This document shows, piece by piece, positions 29,399-38,615 of a stretch of DNA of 64,000 nucleotides. Every line of letters starts with the position of its first letter. Position 1 is the first letter of the stretch. A program made the position numbers and the translations under genes. Source of the DNA: a virus (Duplodnaviria; Heunggongvirae; Uroviricota; Caudoviricetes); IMG/VR virus record IMGVR_UViG_3300037400_006466, positions 32,001-96,000 of that record. One strand, given 5' to 3'. The notes beneath the pieces were generated by a model. It ran no database searches. It saw nothing but the letters and a program-made list of their open reading frames with translations, and had not been told where the DNA came from.

Positions 29399-29746
29399 TC
29401 AATATCCGCAGAAGTCTCCGTCTGTGGAAATGAGTCCTCCAATATAAGGAGTTCCCTTGTACTTGGGTCTGTTGGGTCCGACCTCAAGGATTGAGACCCT
29501 TGAGAGCTTTGTCTGCTTCTCACCACGGAACTCAGTCTCACCAGTGACAGAGGCAACAAACTTGTCTCCAACCCAAATCTCCTTGGAAGTGCTGACGGTG
29601 TAAATGACTCCATCCTCACCTACAACTCTGTAGAAGAAACTGTCTGTCTTAGGAAAGACACCAGAAAGTGCATATCCATAAGTAGAATGTCTCAGAACCT
29701 TAACTTCCTTGGCGGTGACTTCTCTTCTTTCTTTCTTGGTAGCCAT
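29399..29746 (-). CDS. Early hypothetical protein (possible OB-fold)
   Basis: Own sigma70 promoter; beta-rich 'VGDKFVASVTGETEFRGEKQTKLSRV'. Confidence 0.65.
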   Translation of the reverse strand: MATKKERREVTAKEVKVLRHSTYGYALSGVFPKTDSFFYRVVGEDGVIYTVSTSKEIWVGDKFVASVTGETEFRGEKQTKLSRVSILEVGPNRPKYKGTPYIGGLISTDGDFCGY

Positions 29747-29754
29747 ATCTCTTT

Positions 29755-29797
29755 CTCCTTACATTCTCATAATAACAGAAAAGGGACTTGTTGTCAA
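29755..29797 (-). promoter_or_regulatory. Early sigma70-type promoter
   Basis: TTGACA-N17-TATTAT...ATGTAAGGAG. Confidence 0.75.
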
Positions 29798-29828
29798 GTC
29801 CCTTATTTATTTTTTTTTGTTTTTTTTA

Positions 29829-30293
29829 TCAATCTACCAGAACAAGCTTCTTGTTCAGATAGGCATCAACCATTTCAATAACCACATACTTGTAGTCACT
29901 GATGGTATCATTATTGGAAGAATAGGTCTCCTCATCAATTTTGGAGACATTTCTGAACTTGGGTGAGATATAACAGTCTGTATCCTCTGCAATATCAAGA
30001 AGAGTTGAACTCCATTTCTTTTTGAGTGTGGGGTCAAGAATCCTGACAGTACCAGAGAAGGACTCTGTATCAATATCAATATTGACAGTGAATTCAAGAC
30101 CATAGAACTTTGACCTTGAGGACTTTCTGAGCTTGAAGGTCTTACCATTGATTTCCTCTACGAAAATCTCCTTCTTGGCAGAAAGAATAAGTGCCTCCTG
30201 AGCCTTGATTGCCTGCTGAAGCTGAACAATCTGTTCATCGAATGTCTTGATGGTGGCCTCACACTGTTTGATAGTCTTAATGTTCTTATTCAT
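29829..30293 (-). CDS. Early hypothetical protein
   Basis: 154 aa, N-terminal coiled coil, own promoter. Confidence 0.7.
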   Translation of the reverse strand: MNKNIKTIKQCEATIKTFDEQIVQLQQAIKAQEALILSAKKEIFVEEINGKTFKLRKSSRSKFYGLEFTVNIDIDTESFSGTVRILDPTLKKKWSSTLLDIAEDTDCYISPKFRNVSKIDEETYSSNNDTISDYKYVVIEMVDAYLNKKLVLVD

Positions 30294-30303
30294 AGGTTTA
30301 TCT

Positions 30304-30346
30304 CTCCTTACATTCTTATAATAACATATTGAAGACTTTCTGTCAA
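30304..30346 (-). promoter_or_regulatory. Early sigma70-type promoter
   Basis: TTGACA-N17-TATTAT...ATGTAAGGAG; the -35 contains the TGA stop of the upstream gene. Confidence 0.75.
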
Positions 30347-30783
30347 CAGTTAAAGTTGATTAAATTAATCAGATTTTCTGTACTAATCTCATCATTTTTG
30401 ATTTGATTAATGAGATTTTCAAGACTTGAAATAAGGGTTTTCTTATAGTCGTTTGACCCATCAGAAGAAAAGTAGTTTATGAATTCAATATCGAATCTTC
30501 CTTTCTCTTCAAGCTGTTTGTCAATAATGTCAATAAGGCCAAGCCACTTATCATGGACAAGATTTCTCTTTTCTTCTGTCCAAGAACTGTCATTGATGCC
30601 ATCATCCTCTTCACTGAAATAATTTCCATCCCAAAGGACACTCTCTGCATCCTTTGTGAAAGACTTTCTGTAGTCCCATGGAGTATCTCTCTGACCTGCC
30701 ATGTAAGAGAAAGAGATTGCATCATCACAAATCTCACCTTTTTCAATGTTGTTGGGTGTTCCGTGAAGGATTACATAATTCAT
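30343..30783 (-). CDS. Early hypothetical protein
   Basis: 146-aa ORF, own promoter and AAGGAG RBS. Confidence 0.7.
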   Translation of the reverse strand: MNYVILHGTPNNIEKGEICDDAISFSYMAGQRDTPWDYRKSFTKDAESVLWDGNYFSEEDDGINDSSWTEEKRNLVHDKWLGLIDIIDKQLEEKGRFDIEFINYFSSDGSNDYKKTLISSLENLINQIKNDEISTENLINLINFNC

Positions 30784-30790
30784 AGGCTTT

Positions 30791-30834
30791 CTCCTTTACA
30801 TATATAATATATAATATTTTCTTAATTATGTCAA
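30791..30834 (-). promoter_or_regulatory. Early sigma70-type promoter
   Basis: TTGACA-N17-TATATT...ATGTAAAGGAG. Confidence 0.7.
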
Positions 30835-30883
30835 CTATCTGTTCATGGTTTGTTGAAAGAGGTGGATTAAGGACTAATTCTAT

Positions 30884-31357
30884 ATGCTGGAATCAGATTT
30901 CAATACTATCGTGACAAAATCCTTCAATTCTCAGGGCGGGTATGGGTTCAAGATTCCAGATGAACGCTCCACCATAACTGGATTCCATTCCAAGAATCCC
31001 TATGATGTATACGGATTATACAAGGGGAAATTTTGGGCATGGGAATCCAAATGGATGAACAAGGTTCAGTCCTTCAACTTCAGCAGGCTTGAGGACCATC
31101 AGATAGACAATCTCATAAAATCCTATGAGATAATGGATGGAAATGGTATAAGTATATTCGCCATAGGGGTGGATTTCGGAAGGGCTGACAAAAGAGTTTT
31201 CATATGGGGTAACGAAGAGCTTTATATTATAAAGGAGAGGAAATTATCCAAAAAGAACATTCTGGGAAAGGAGTTCAAGGAACTTGATAACTTTGTCAGG
31301 ATAACCAAAGGGGCTGTTCCCATGGATGATGTCCTGAGACTCATATACAAGGATTAA
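30884..31357 (+). CDS. Holliday junction resolvase, RecU-like
   Basis: LESDF, KIPD, PYDVYGLYKGKFWAWESK, LEDHQIDNL. Confidence 0.75.
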   Translation: MLESDFNTIVTKSFNSQGGYGFKIPDERSTITGFHSKNPYDVYGLYKGKFWAWESKWMNKVQSFNFSRLEDHQIDNLIKSYEIMDGNGISIFAIGVDFGRADKRVFIWGNEELYIIKERKLSKKNILGKEFKELDNFVRITKGAVPMDDVLRLIYKD

Positions 31358-31365
31358 CTGATTAA

Positions 31366-31602
31366 ATGCTTTACAGATTCATATGTCCCAAATGCAGGAA
31401 CACCATGGAGATAAACGTATCCTCTGATGAGATAAAGAACCAGAGGATTGTCTGCGGAAAATGCAATGAGCTGATGAGAAGGGATTGGAGGGCATCCATG
31501 TTTGCCGCTGATTCAGACAAGGCATCCAACATAGAGGATACCTCATATCTCAACAGCATAATGGATACAAGACCCAGTGGAAAGACCCGTTCTATCTACT
31601 GA
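31366..31602 (+). CDS. FmdB-like zinc-ribbon protein
   Basis: YRFICPKC...CGKC...MRR. Confidence 0.75.
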   Translation: MLYRFICPKCRNTMEINVSSDEIKNQRIVCGKCNELMRRDWRASMFAADSDKASNIEDTSYLNSIMDTRPSGKTRSIY

Positions 31603-31642
31603 TATCTCTATATCTCACTAATTATTGAGATTGGATAGTTTT

Positions 31643-33775
31643 ATGGCAGAACTTGAATTAAAAGACAATAATGGAAAATTACCTGACTCCTCGGCTATAA
31701 AGTCATCTGGATTCTCCAATTTCCTGTCAACCCTTTTCGGATGGAGAAGGTCAAAAGGAACCACTGCATCCAATAAAGTGGAGTTCACACAGGTTGACCT
31801 TGGAGCAAAGGAACAGAGGATAGGTCAGGCCTTCATAAACAACGCTCCTAATTTAGAAGGGCCTATGAGCGAGAAGCTTGAGCAGCTTTTCAATATATGG
31901 CTTACAGACAATACAACAAGATATGAGGACCTCCAGGAAAGAATGGCTAGGATTAGTCAGCTGGAATATATGGTCCTCAATGACCCCTATGTAGGAAGAA
32001 CAGTTGACCTGTATGCTGATGAATCCACACAGCTTGATCAACAGGACACTCTCATAAACATTGAGACCCCTGATGCAAGAATGACCAAGGATATGTATAA
32101 GCTTCTCAATCAATGGGGAATCACACAGACCAGGGTCAGAGAGACCATCAAGCAGTTGGGAACCTACGGTGATGCCTTCTGGGCCAATACAGTCACAGAG
32201 AACGGAGTTGAGAGGATAGTTCCCCTTCAGCAGGTCCAGGTCTCTGACAGGGTTGAATTCAATCCTATAAAGGCCCTTGAGATGAAAAAGAGGAGGGAAG
32301 GATTCTTCGGAGGATTTGCCTCCAATAACTATCTCATTGACCAGATGCTCCAGTCATTGCAGGATAATGACAGCTTTGCTGACCTGTTTGACACAAAGCT
32401 TTTCGGTTTCAGCATAGATAATGACCTTTCTGTTCCTGCATGGTCAGTCACCCATTTCAGGGTAGGCGCTGAGGGAAGTCAGTTCTATCCTTTCGGAACT
32501 TCTCCTATTCTAGGAGCTCTTGCCCCTTATAAGCAGACACAATCATCCATAGCTCTTCAGGCTCTTGCCAGGGAAATGAACTTCCCCATCACCACGTTCG
32601 AGGTCAAAACAGATGAGAACATGGATGAGGCCTCACAGTTCGCTCTTGTGAATAGAGTAAGAGAGGAGTTCGATAACATAGGTGTCAGTCAGAAGGTGGG
32701 TAACTCAGAGGTCTATACAGTCAATACTAAGATATGGATTCCCAAGGACCTCATAACTGTTGACATCAAGAAGGCCTCTGACTCCAATACTGATTCAGTT
32801 GATGATATCAAGCTGTATCAGGACAGGACTGCAGTAGCTCTTGGAATCCCCAAGGCCTTCTATGGTGAGGAAGGATGGAAGTCACTGGGACATAGCGGAA
32901 AGTCTTTGATTCAGCAGTATAAGCCTTTCGCAAGGAAATGCTTCTCATTACAGAGCGCTTTCCTTGAGGGTCTTGCAGATCTTTACAGAATACATTTCGC
33001 AATCACTGGTCTCTATGATTTCAGGATTCCTTTTACACTCTCAATGAGATACCCCGCAGTTGAGGAGGATGATGATTTCGTCAACTCAAGGAAGTCATCC
33101 ATAGAAATGGCCAATGATGTCATAGGTCTTGTCAAGGCTGCGGTAGGTGCTGATGAAGATGAACCTCTTCCTGCTGATATCATCAGGGATATCATCGGAA
33201 AGTATACCTTCCTTGACCCTGGAGACATCATGAAATGGACAAGGGATGCCAAATACTATGTCAACATCAATCCACAGGAAGGTGGTGGAGCAGGAGTCAG
33301 TGGCGGCAGCGGCGGCCCTGGAGGCGGAATAGATATTGACATCGGAGGTGGTGGACCAGAGCCTTCAGATGAAGGTGGTCTTGACCTTGGGGATATAGGT
33401 GGAGAGGAATCAGACGAGGATGTAGGAGGAGGCGAAGAGGAGCCTACAATGGAGTCAGTATCCAGAAGGGGTAGGACCATTGAGGACAGACTCAGAGAAT
33501 ATGAATCTCTTCCCAGAACCAAAGAGAGAATTCTGAGGGAGAAGATCCTTTGTGAGAAATACAAAAATGAGAGAGATAGAATCTACTTCGATGCTCTTCA
33601 GGAATGCGCGGTGAACAATTATTCTTCAAGAGGTTTCCATAAGGAGATTTTCAATACAGAGAACTCTCATATGGATGTGATGCTTGAGGTTCTTGACAGC
33701 CAGCACAAGACTGAGAGAATAAAAGAGGGGTTCAAATATAAGAAGCCTAGGGCCTCCAAGAGGAAAAGTAAATAA
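31643..33775 (+). CDS. Portal protein (T4 gp20-like) with Gly/acidic C-terminal extension
   Basis: DPYVGRTVDLYADE, YGDAF, THFR, PFGTSPI, DDIKLYQDR..ALGIPK. Start set at ATG (MAEL). Confidence 0.85.
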   Translation: MAELELKDNNGKLPDSSAIKSSGFSNFLSTLFGWRRSKGTTASNKVEFTQVDLGAKEQRIGQAFINNAPNLEGPMSEKLEQLFNIWLTDNTTRYEDLQERMARISQLEYMVLNDPYVGRTVDLYADESTQLDQQDTLINIETPDARMTKDMYKLLNQWGITQTRVRETIKQLGTYGDAFWANTVTENGVERIVPLQQVQVSDRVEFNPIKALEMKKRREGFFGGFASNNYLIDQMLQSLQDNDSFADLFDTKLFGFSIDNDLSVPAWSVTHFRVGAEGSQFYPFGTSPILGALAPYKQTQSSIALQALAREMNFPITTFEVKTDENMDEASQFALVNRVREEFDNIGVSQKVGNSEVYTVNTKIWIPKDLITVDIKKASDSNTDSVDDIKLYQDRTAVALGIPKAFYGEEGWKSLGHSGKSLIQQYKPFARKCFSLQSAFLEGLADLYRIHFAITGLYDFRIPFTLSMRYPAVEEDDDFVNSRKSSIEMANDVIGLVKAAVGADEDEPLPADIIRDIIGKYTFLDPGDIMKWTRDAKYYVNINPQEGGGAGVSGGSGGPGGGIDIDIGGGGPEPSDEGGLDLGDIGGEESDEDVGGGEEEPTMESVSRRGRTIEDRLREYESLPRTKERILREKILCEKYKNERDRIYFDALQECAVNNYSSRGFHKEIFNTENSHMDVMLEVLDSQHKTERIKEGFKYKKPRASKRKSK

Positions 33776-33870
33776 TTCTTCTTTTATCTCACTAATTACT
33801 ATACATATACAATTGTAATTGATTGAAATAATACAGGTTTCATACAATAATAAAAAGGATTTACAAAACG

Positions 33871-35874
33871 ATGGTAAGAGATACTAGTAATCTTACAAGA
33901 TTTGTGGAATCCGCCAGCATAGACCACAGACTTATCCGTGAGGCCTCAAAACAGGAATTCACAGAGTCTTTGATAAGGGCCAAGAGCAGGCTGACGGAAT
34001 CCCTGGAAGACACCGGCAAGGGCTGGTGGGTTCCTATAAGTCATTATGGTAATTACAAGAACGGTAACGGCAGAATATACAACACCAGACTTTGGGAGAA
34101 TGTAATCAACAATCAGAGAGAAATCTGGTGCGGTTCTCCTATGCTTACAGATCATCCGGAAGGTGATTCTGATGGAAATCCTAGGGATATCTGTGGTGTA
34201 TGGCTGGATGCCAAGTTCGGTGAGCCCGGACCTGATGGAGTGGGAATAGTCTACGGATTATTGGTTCCGAGTGGACATAACGGAGAGGATCTCAGAGACC
34301 ATCTCCAGAATGGACTTAGAATCGGGACATCTTCATCAGGTTTCGGAAAGCTCCTTCCGGACAAAGTGACAGTCGATCCCGACACTTATCAGATTGAGAG
34401 ACTCGCTGACTGGGTTCTCAATCCCTCACAGGGAACATTCTTCTCATATGATGAGAGCAACGGAGACATTAAGGACAGAACTCTTACAGAGTCAGGTTCC
34501 AATTTGATATACAATATCAGGGATACAGCTGAAAGATACATGAGGTGTAATCCATACGTCACCAGAAGGGATGTGGTGGAATACCTTATGGATACTTATA
34601 ATGATGTGTCAGAAGATACAATAGAAAGAATCCTTGAGCCATATGAGTTCATGGATGAGAGCAATAAGAATAATACCTCAAACGAATATTTATTTAAGGA
34701 GAAGGTCGTGAAAGACTCAAAGTTCACAAAGCTGGAAGAGAAGAAATTCCGCAGAGACATGGAGTCCTTCCTTGAAAGTGCCAGTAACATTAAGGACCCT
34801 CAGGAAAGACTTGAAGAATTTAAGGACATCAGAGGGTGGCTTGAAGAAGGTGCTTGCCCGGACCTTAAAGAGAAGGTTGAAGCCAAGATTGCTGAGGAGG
34901 AAGCCTATATCAAGGTTGCTCTGAAGGAGAAGGCTGAAATGAAGGATCAGCTCGGTGTCGAGTCCACAAAGGACTTGAAGGAGAAGCTGACAAAGATTGT
35001 TCAGGATCAGAAGATTCTTGAGAAGGAGTCAAAGGACTGGAAGGCGGTGTCTGAGAAGCTTCAGGAGAAGCTGATGGAATCAGAGAAGGAGCTCAAGAAG
35101 AGAGCTTCAGTTGAGTTCACAGAGTTCCAGAAGAACAAGATTGATGCCCTCAATGAGAAGATTGAGGACCATGACAAGAAGGCTGCTGACACCCTCAAGG
35201 AAATGATAAACGCATACAAGGCTCTTCAGGAGAAATGCAAGGGTCTTGAGGATGAGGTATCATCACTCAAAGAGAAAAATGAATGTCTTGATAAGGAGTG
35301 CGGTGAGTGCAATATGAAGCTTGAGCTCGCCAACAATGAGAACAAGGAACTCCAGGACCATTATGCTGAGGTCTCCAAGCAACTGGGTGAATCACAGGAG
35401 AAAATCAAGAAATACAAGGTTCTGTTTGAGAATCAGAGAGCCAAGTTCGAGGAATCCCTCAAGAAGATTGATGAGCTCAGAAAAATCAATGAGAGCAAGA
35501 ATGAGAAGATATCTGCTCTTGCCAAGGAAGCCAAGGTCGCACAGACAGAACTGAAGAAGATAAATCTTCAGGAGGCCAAAGCCAGAAGGGCACAGAGAAC
35601 TGATACAGAGGTCTATTATGATGACCTTTATGAGCAGTATGGTAATCAGGTTGTTCCTTACAAGGACAGAATCACAGAGGCAATCAGTCTGGCAGAGGCC
35701 AAGCAGGTGTTCTTCAAGGAGATTCTTCCTTCACTGAATGAATCAGTGGCCATTGAGGAGTCAAGGATTCCTGAGACATTGTATACAACCCCAGAGGAGA
35801 GGGCCAGAGCCATAAACGGAAAGGCCTTCTACAGACAGAGTGTCATGGACAGAATGCCTAAGGGTTGGAAGTAA
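33871..35874 (+). CDS. Prohead protease (gp21-like) fused to coiled-coil scaffold (gp22-like)
   Basis: NGNGRIY, TDHP, IGTSSSGFG, DWVLNPS match T4 gp21 motifs; long E/K coiled coil follows. Confidence 0.85.
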   Translation: MVRDTSNLTRFVESASIDHRLIREASKQEFTESLIRAKSRLTESLEDTGKGWWVPISHYGNYKNGNGRIYNTRLWENVINNQREIWCGSPMLTDHPEGDSDGNPRDICGVWLDAKFGEPGPDGVGIVYGLLVPSGHNGEDLRDHLQNGLRIGTSSSGFGKLLPDKVTVDPDTYQIERLADWVLNPSQGTFFSYDESNGDIKDRTLTESGSNLIYNIRDTAERYMRCNPYVTRRDVVEYLMDTYNDVSEDTIERILEPYEFMDESNKNNTSNEYLFKEKVVKDSKFTKLEEKKFRRDMESFLESASNIKDPQERLEEFKDIRGWLEEGACPDLKEKVEAKIAEEEAYIKVALKEKAEMKDQLGVESTKDLKEKLTKIVQDQKILEKESKDWKAVSEKLQEKLMESEKELKKRASVEFTEFQKNKIDALNEKIEDHDKKAADTLKEMINAYKALQEKCKGLEDEVSSLKEKNECLDKECGECNMKLELANNENKELQDHYAEVSKQLGESQEKIKKYKVLFENQRAKFEESLKKIDELRKINESKNEKISALAKEAKVAQTELKKINLQEAKARRAQRTDTEVYYDDLYEQYGNQVVPYKDRITEAISLAEAKQVFFKEILPSLNESVAIEESRIPETLYTTPEERARAINGKAFYRQSVMDRMPKGWK

Positions 35875-35891
35875 TCGCTTTCAGTTATAAG

Positions 35892-35919
35892 GGGGACTTC
35901 CTATGAGGTCCCCATTTTT
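35892..35919 (+). terminator. Hairpin/terminator after the protease-scaffold gene
   Basis: GGGGACTTC-CTAT-GAGGTCCCC-ATTTTT. Confidence 0.6.
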
Positions 35920-35927
35920 GAATTATT

Positions 35928-38603
35928 ATGAAGATAGAAGAGCTTAAGAGAAGATACACAGGCCCCATAGGATGTCCCTCAGATACCAAAGACCCAGATT
36001 ACTGGGATTGGGATAACTGGGACAATTGGCCAGAGGAAGATAAAGAGATGTTTCCTATAGAAGAAAAAAGAGCGATGAAGGAAGGTATTTCTTCTGATAC
36101 ATTATATGATAGAATTTGTAGAAGTCTTACAGATTATGAACATAATGGTGAGGAAGAAACTGGTTTTGAGGAACTTTCTGAAAATTATTTTGAAGATGAT
36201 TTTTTCAATCTTCTTGATGAAGTTTTTAAGAAATCAGATATTCAGTCTTTTGATGGTTATCTCTATAATAAGATAGATAGTATTCTTGGAGATTATTCTA
36301 GTGGTGCTCCTGTAACTGCTGATGAGCTTCATGACCTTCTTGTTGAAGTTAAGGATGCTTTTGCTGATGCCAATGTTCAGAATAATTTCAATGAATCTGT
36401 CAAGAGAACTGGAAAGTCATTGAGAGAAGATGTTTCTTTCATTGACAGATGGCATGATACACATGAGATTCTGCCTGATTGCGATAACGTATGGTTTATA
36501 GCTGACGGTAAGATATATGTGGGTCTTTATGAGCCTGAGCAGCAGATATTCTGCATGGCTGACGGACTGGGTGTTGAGCTCAAGGATGTCAGACAGTGGA
36601 AGTTCCTTGCTGACAAAGAGATAATAGGATACCCCAAGGAGAAGGAGATAGTCGCGATAGAGGTTCCGGATTTCCCTTGTCCAGTAACGGGTATCTTCTC
36701 TGACCATCTTGTGGATGAGGAGACAGGGGATGAGTTCAGCGGAGTCATCCTTGATGATGAATATCAGTTCTGTGAGATAGGGGCTGATTCCATCCATTGG
36801 GAGAAGGTGTTCTCATGGTATCATCTTCCAGATGAACCTCTTAAGATTCTTGACGTTGATGAGGTCAAGGTGGCACCAGTGGAGACAGTTGCATCCAATC
36901 CTGCTGAGAATACTCCTAATGAAGAGGATAAGGACAGGAGCACAGAGGAGCTGAATCCTGCTGACCACCCTGAGCTTTCAACTGATGCCTATGTGGGAGC
37001 AAAGGCAGATGAGAGGATAACAGACACCAATCCTGACAGCTATGTCAATGGAGACAACTTCGTTGATGAGACCATAGACTCTGAAGGCCCTGACCTCAGT
37101 TCTGGAAGTGAGACAGTTCCTGAGACTGTCGCAGAGGAAGCTGAGGAGCAGGTTCCTGCCGCAGAGGCCACCTCTGCAATAGCTGAACAGAAGCCTGAGG
37201 AGGAGAAGCTTGTGAGGGAGTCTTTTGAAAAGAAAGAAGTGAATCTTGAGGATGTCAAGGTCAAGCCATGGTATATGGAGGAATATCCTACAGATGAGAT
37301 GGGTGAGGACATTGATGATGACCTTACCTTTGAGGATATCTTCCAGTGTCTTGACAGCTATGATGACATCTATAAATATATCCCTGGAGACAGCATCATA
37401 AGGGAGAGAATCTTCTCCAAGTTGGCTGAGCTGATGGATGTGGACTATGATTACATCTATGATCAGTGGCTGAAGTCAGCTGATATTCCTTCAAGCTGGA
37501 TGAAAGCCTTCGGACTTAATGAATCCATAAGAGGGAACACAAGGCAGTTTGTTGATAATGTTGAGGAGTACCTTGAAGAATTTGGCGATGATATTTGGGA
37601 AAGACTCAGAGTCAATATCCAGTATCTTCAGGAATATGCAAGATACGGAACACTCAATGAAGCTATCAGAGAATACATAGAGGGTGGTAGTCTTGATGTC
37701 TATTATGATGAAGTAAGAAAGACCCTCAATGAACTTTATGAGAACACTCCTGAAGAAGTTGAGAAGTGGGCAGATTACCCTACTGATAAACTTTGGGAGA
37801 GATATATCAATGTGATGTGTCTTTACATTCCTAAGGCTTACAAGAAGCACACTGGAAAAGAACTTGACATGAGAAAGGACCCTGAGTCCGAGTATAGCCA
37901 GAAAGTAAGGGCCAAGTATGGTGAGAACAAGCTTTCTGTCTGTGAATCCCTTAGGGAAAGAGGACTTACAAGAGCTGAAAGACATAATAGATCCATGGAT
38001 AGAATCTTCGGATTCAAGAGAGCCATTGATGCCAAGCAGTGCAAGTTCATGTTGGACCATGGGGTTGACAGAGACAAGGTTGACAGTGCCAGAAAGAATG
38101 ACAGAGTAGGAAAGCTTCTGGCAGATGAAGGCCTCCATGATGACTTCTGGAAGTCTTATAAGGAGAGCACCAAGGCAGTCAAGTCAGCCATAAAGGAATC
38201 CAAGGAAGAGAGCCTTGCAGAATCCCAGGACAATATCATCAAATATAAGGGATACCTCATTGAGAAGGATTTCTACGGACAGGGTGAATACACAGTCCAG
38301 TATATGGGTGATGACGTATGGTTCGAGACCCTTGATGCCGCCAAGGAGTTCATTGATGACATCTATGATGTGGAGTCCATTGAGGAAAAGAAGATAAGGG
38401 AGAATCTTGAGCAGATATCAGACAGGGCATATGGCCAGTGGGTAGCCCTCAAGAACAAGATGGGTGATGAATATCTGGCTGATTATGTCATTGACCAGCT
38501 TCCCAAGCATGAGGCTGAACTGATAATCGACTATTTGGCTGACATAAACGGAATTGAAGTGAATGAGGACGGGAACAACCTTGAACATGGTTTTCTCGGT
38601 TAA
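35928..38603 (+). CDS. Modular polyvalent/polyprotein-like internal head protein
   Basis: About 8 unrelated segments separated by ES...[LIVM]xE linkers; ends HGFLG. Confidence 0.6.
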   Translation: MKIEELKRRYTGPIGCPSDTKDPDYWDWDNWDNWPEEDKEMFPIEEKRAMKEGISSDTLYDRICRSLTDYEHNGEEETGFEELSENYFEDDFFNLLDEVFKKSDIQSFDGYLYNKIDSILGDYSSGAPVTADELHDLLVEVKDAFADANVQNNFNESVKRTGKSLREDVSFIDRWHDTHEILPDCDNVWFIADGKIYVGLYEPEQQIFCMADGLGVELKDVRQWKFLADKEIIGYPKEKEIVAIEVPDFPCPVTGIFSDHLVDEETGDEFSGVILDDEYQFCEIGADSIHWEKVFSWYHLPDEPLKILDVDEVKVAPVETVASNPAENTPNEEDKDRSTEELNPADHPELSTDAYVGAKADERITDTNPDSYVNGDNFVDETIDSEGPDLSSGSETVPETVAEEAEEQVPAAEATSAIAEQKPEEEKLVRESFEKKEVNLEDVKVKPWYMEEYPTDEMGEDIDDDLTFEDIFQCLDSYDDIYKYIPGDSIIRERIFSKLAELMDVDYDYIYDQWLKSADIPSSWMKAFGLNESIRGNTRQFVDNVEEYLEEFGDDIWERLRVNIQYLQEYARYGTLNEAIREYIEGGSLDVYYDEVRKTLNELYENTPEEVEKWADYPTDKLWERYINVMCLYIPKAYKKHTGKELDMRKDPESEYSQKVRAKYGENKLSVCESLRERGLTRAERHNRSMDRIFGFKRAIDAKQCKFMLDHGVDRDKVDSARKNDRVGKLLADEGLHDDFWKSYKESTKAVKSAIKESKEESLAESQDNIIKYKGYLIEKDFYGQGEYTVQYMGDDVWFETLDAAKEFIDDIYDVESIEEKKIRENLEQISDRAYGQWVALKNKMGDEYLADYVIDQLPKHEAELIIDYLADINGIEVNEDGNNLEHGFLG

Positions 38604-38615
38604 GTGAGGTGACAT

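Noticed and set aside
33280-33450. GC-rich Gly/Glu low-complexity tract in the portal gene as a repeat element
   Set aside because: It encodes a disordered linker of a kind common in T4-like portal C-termini, with no exact nucleotide repeat unit.
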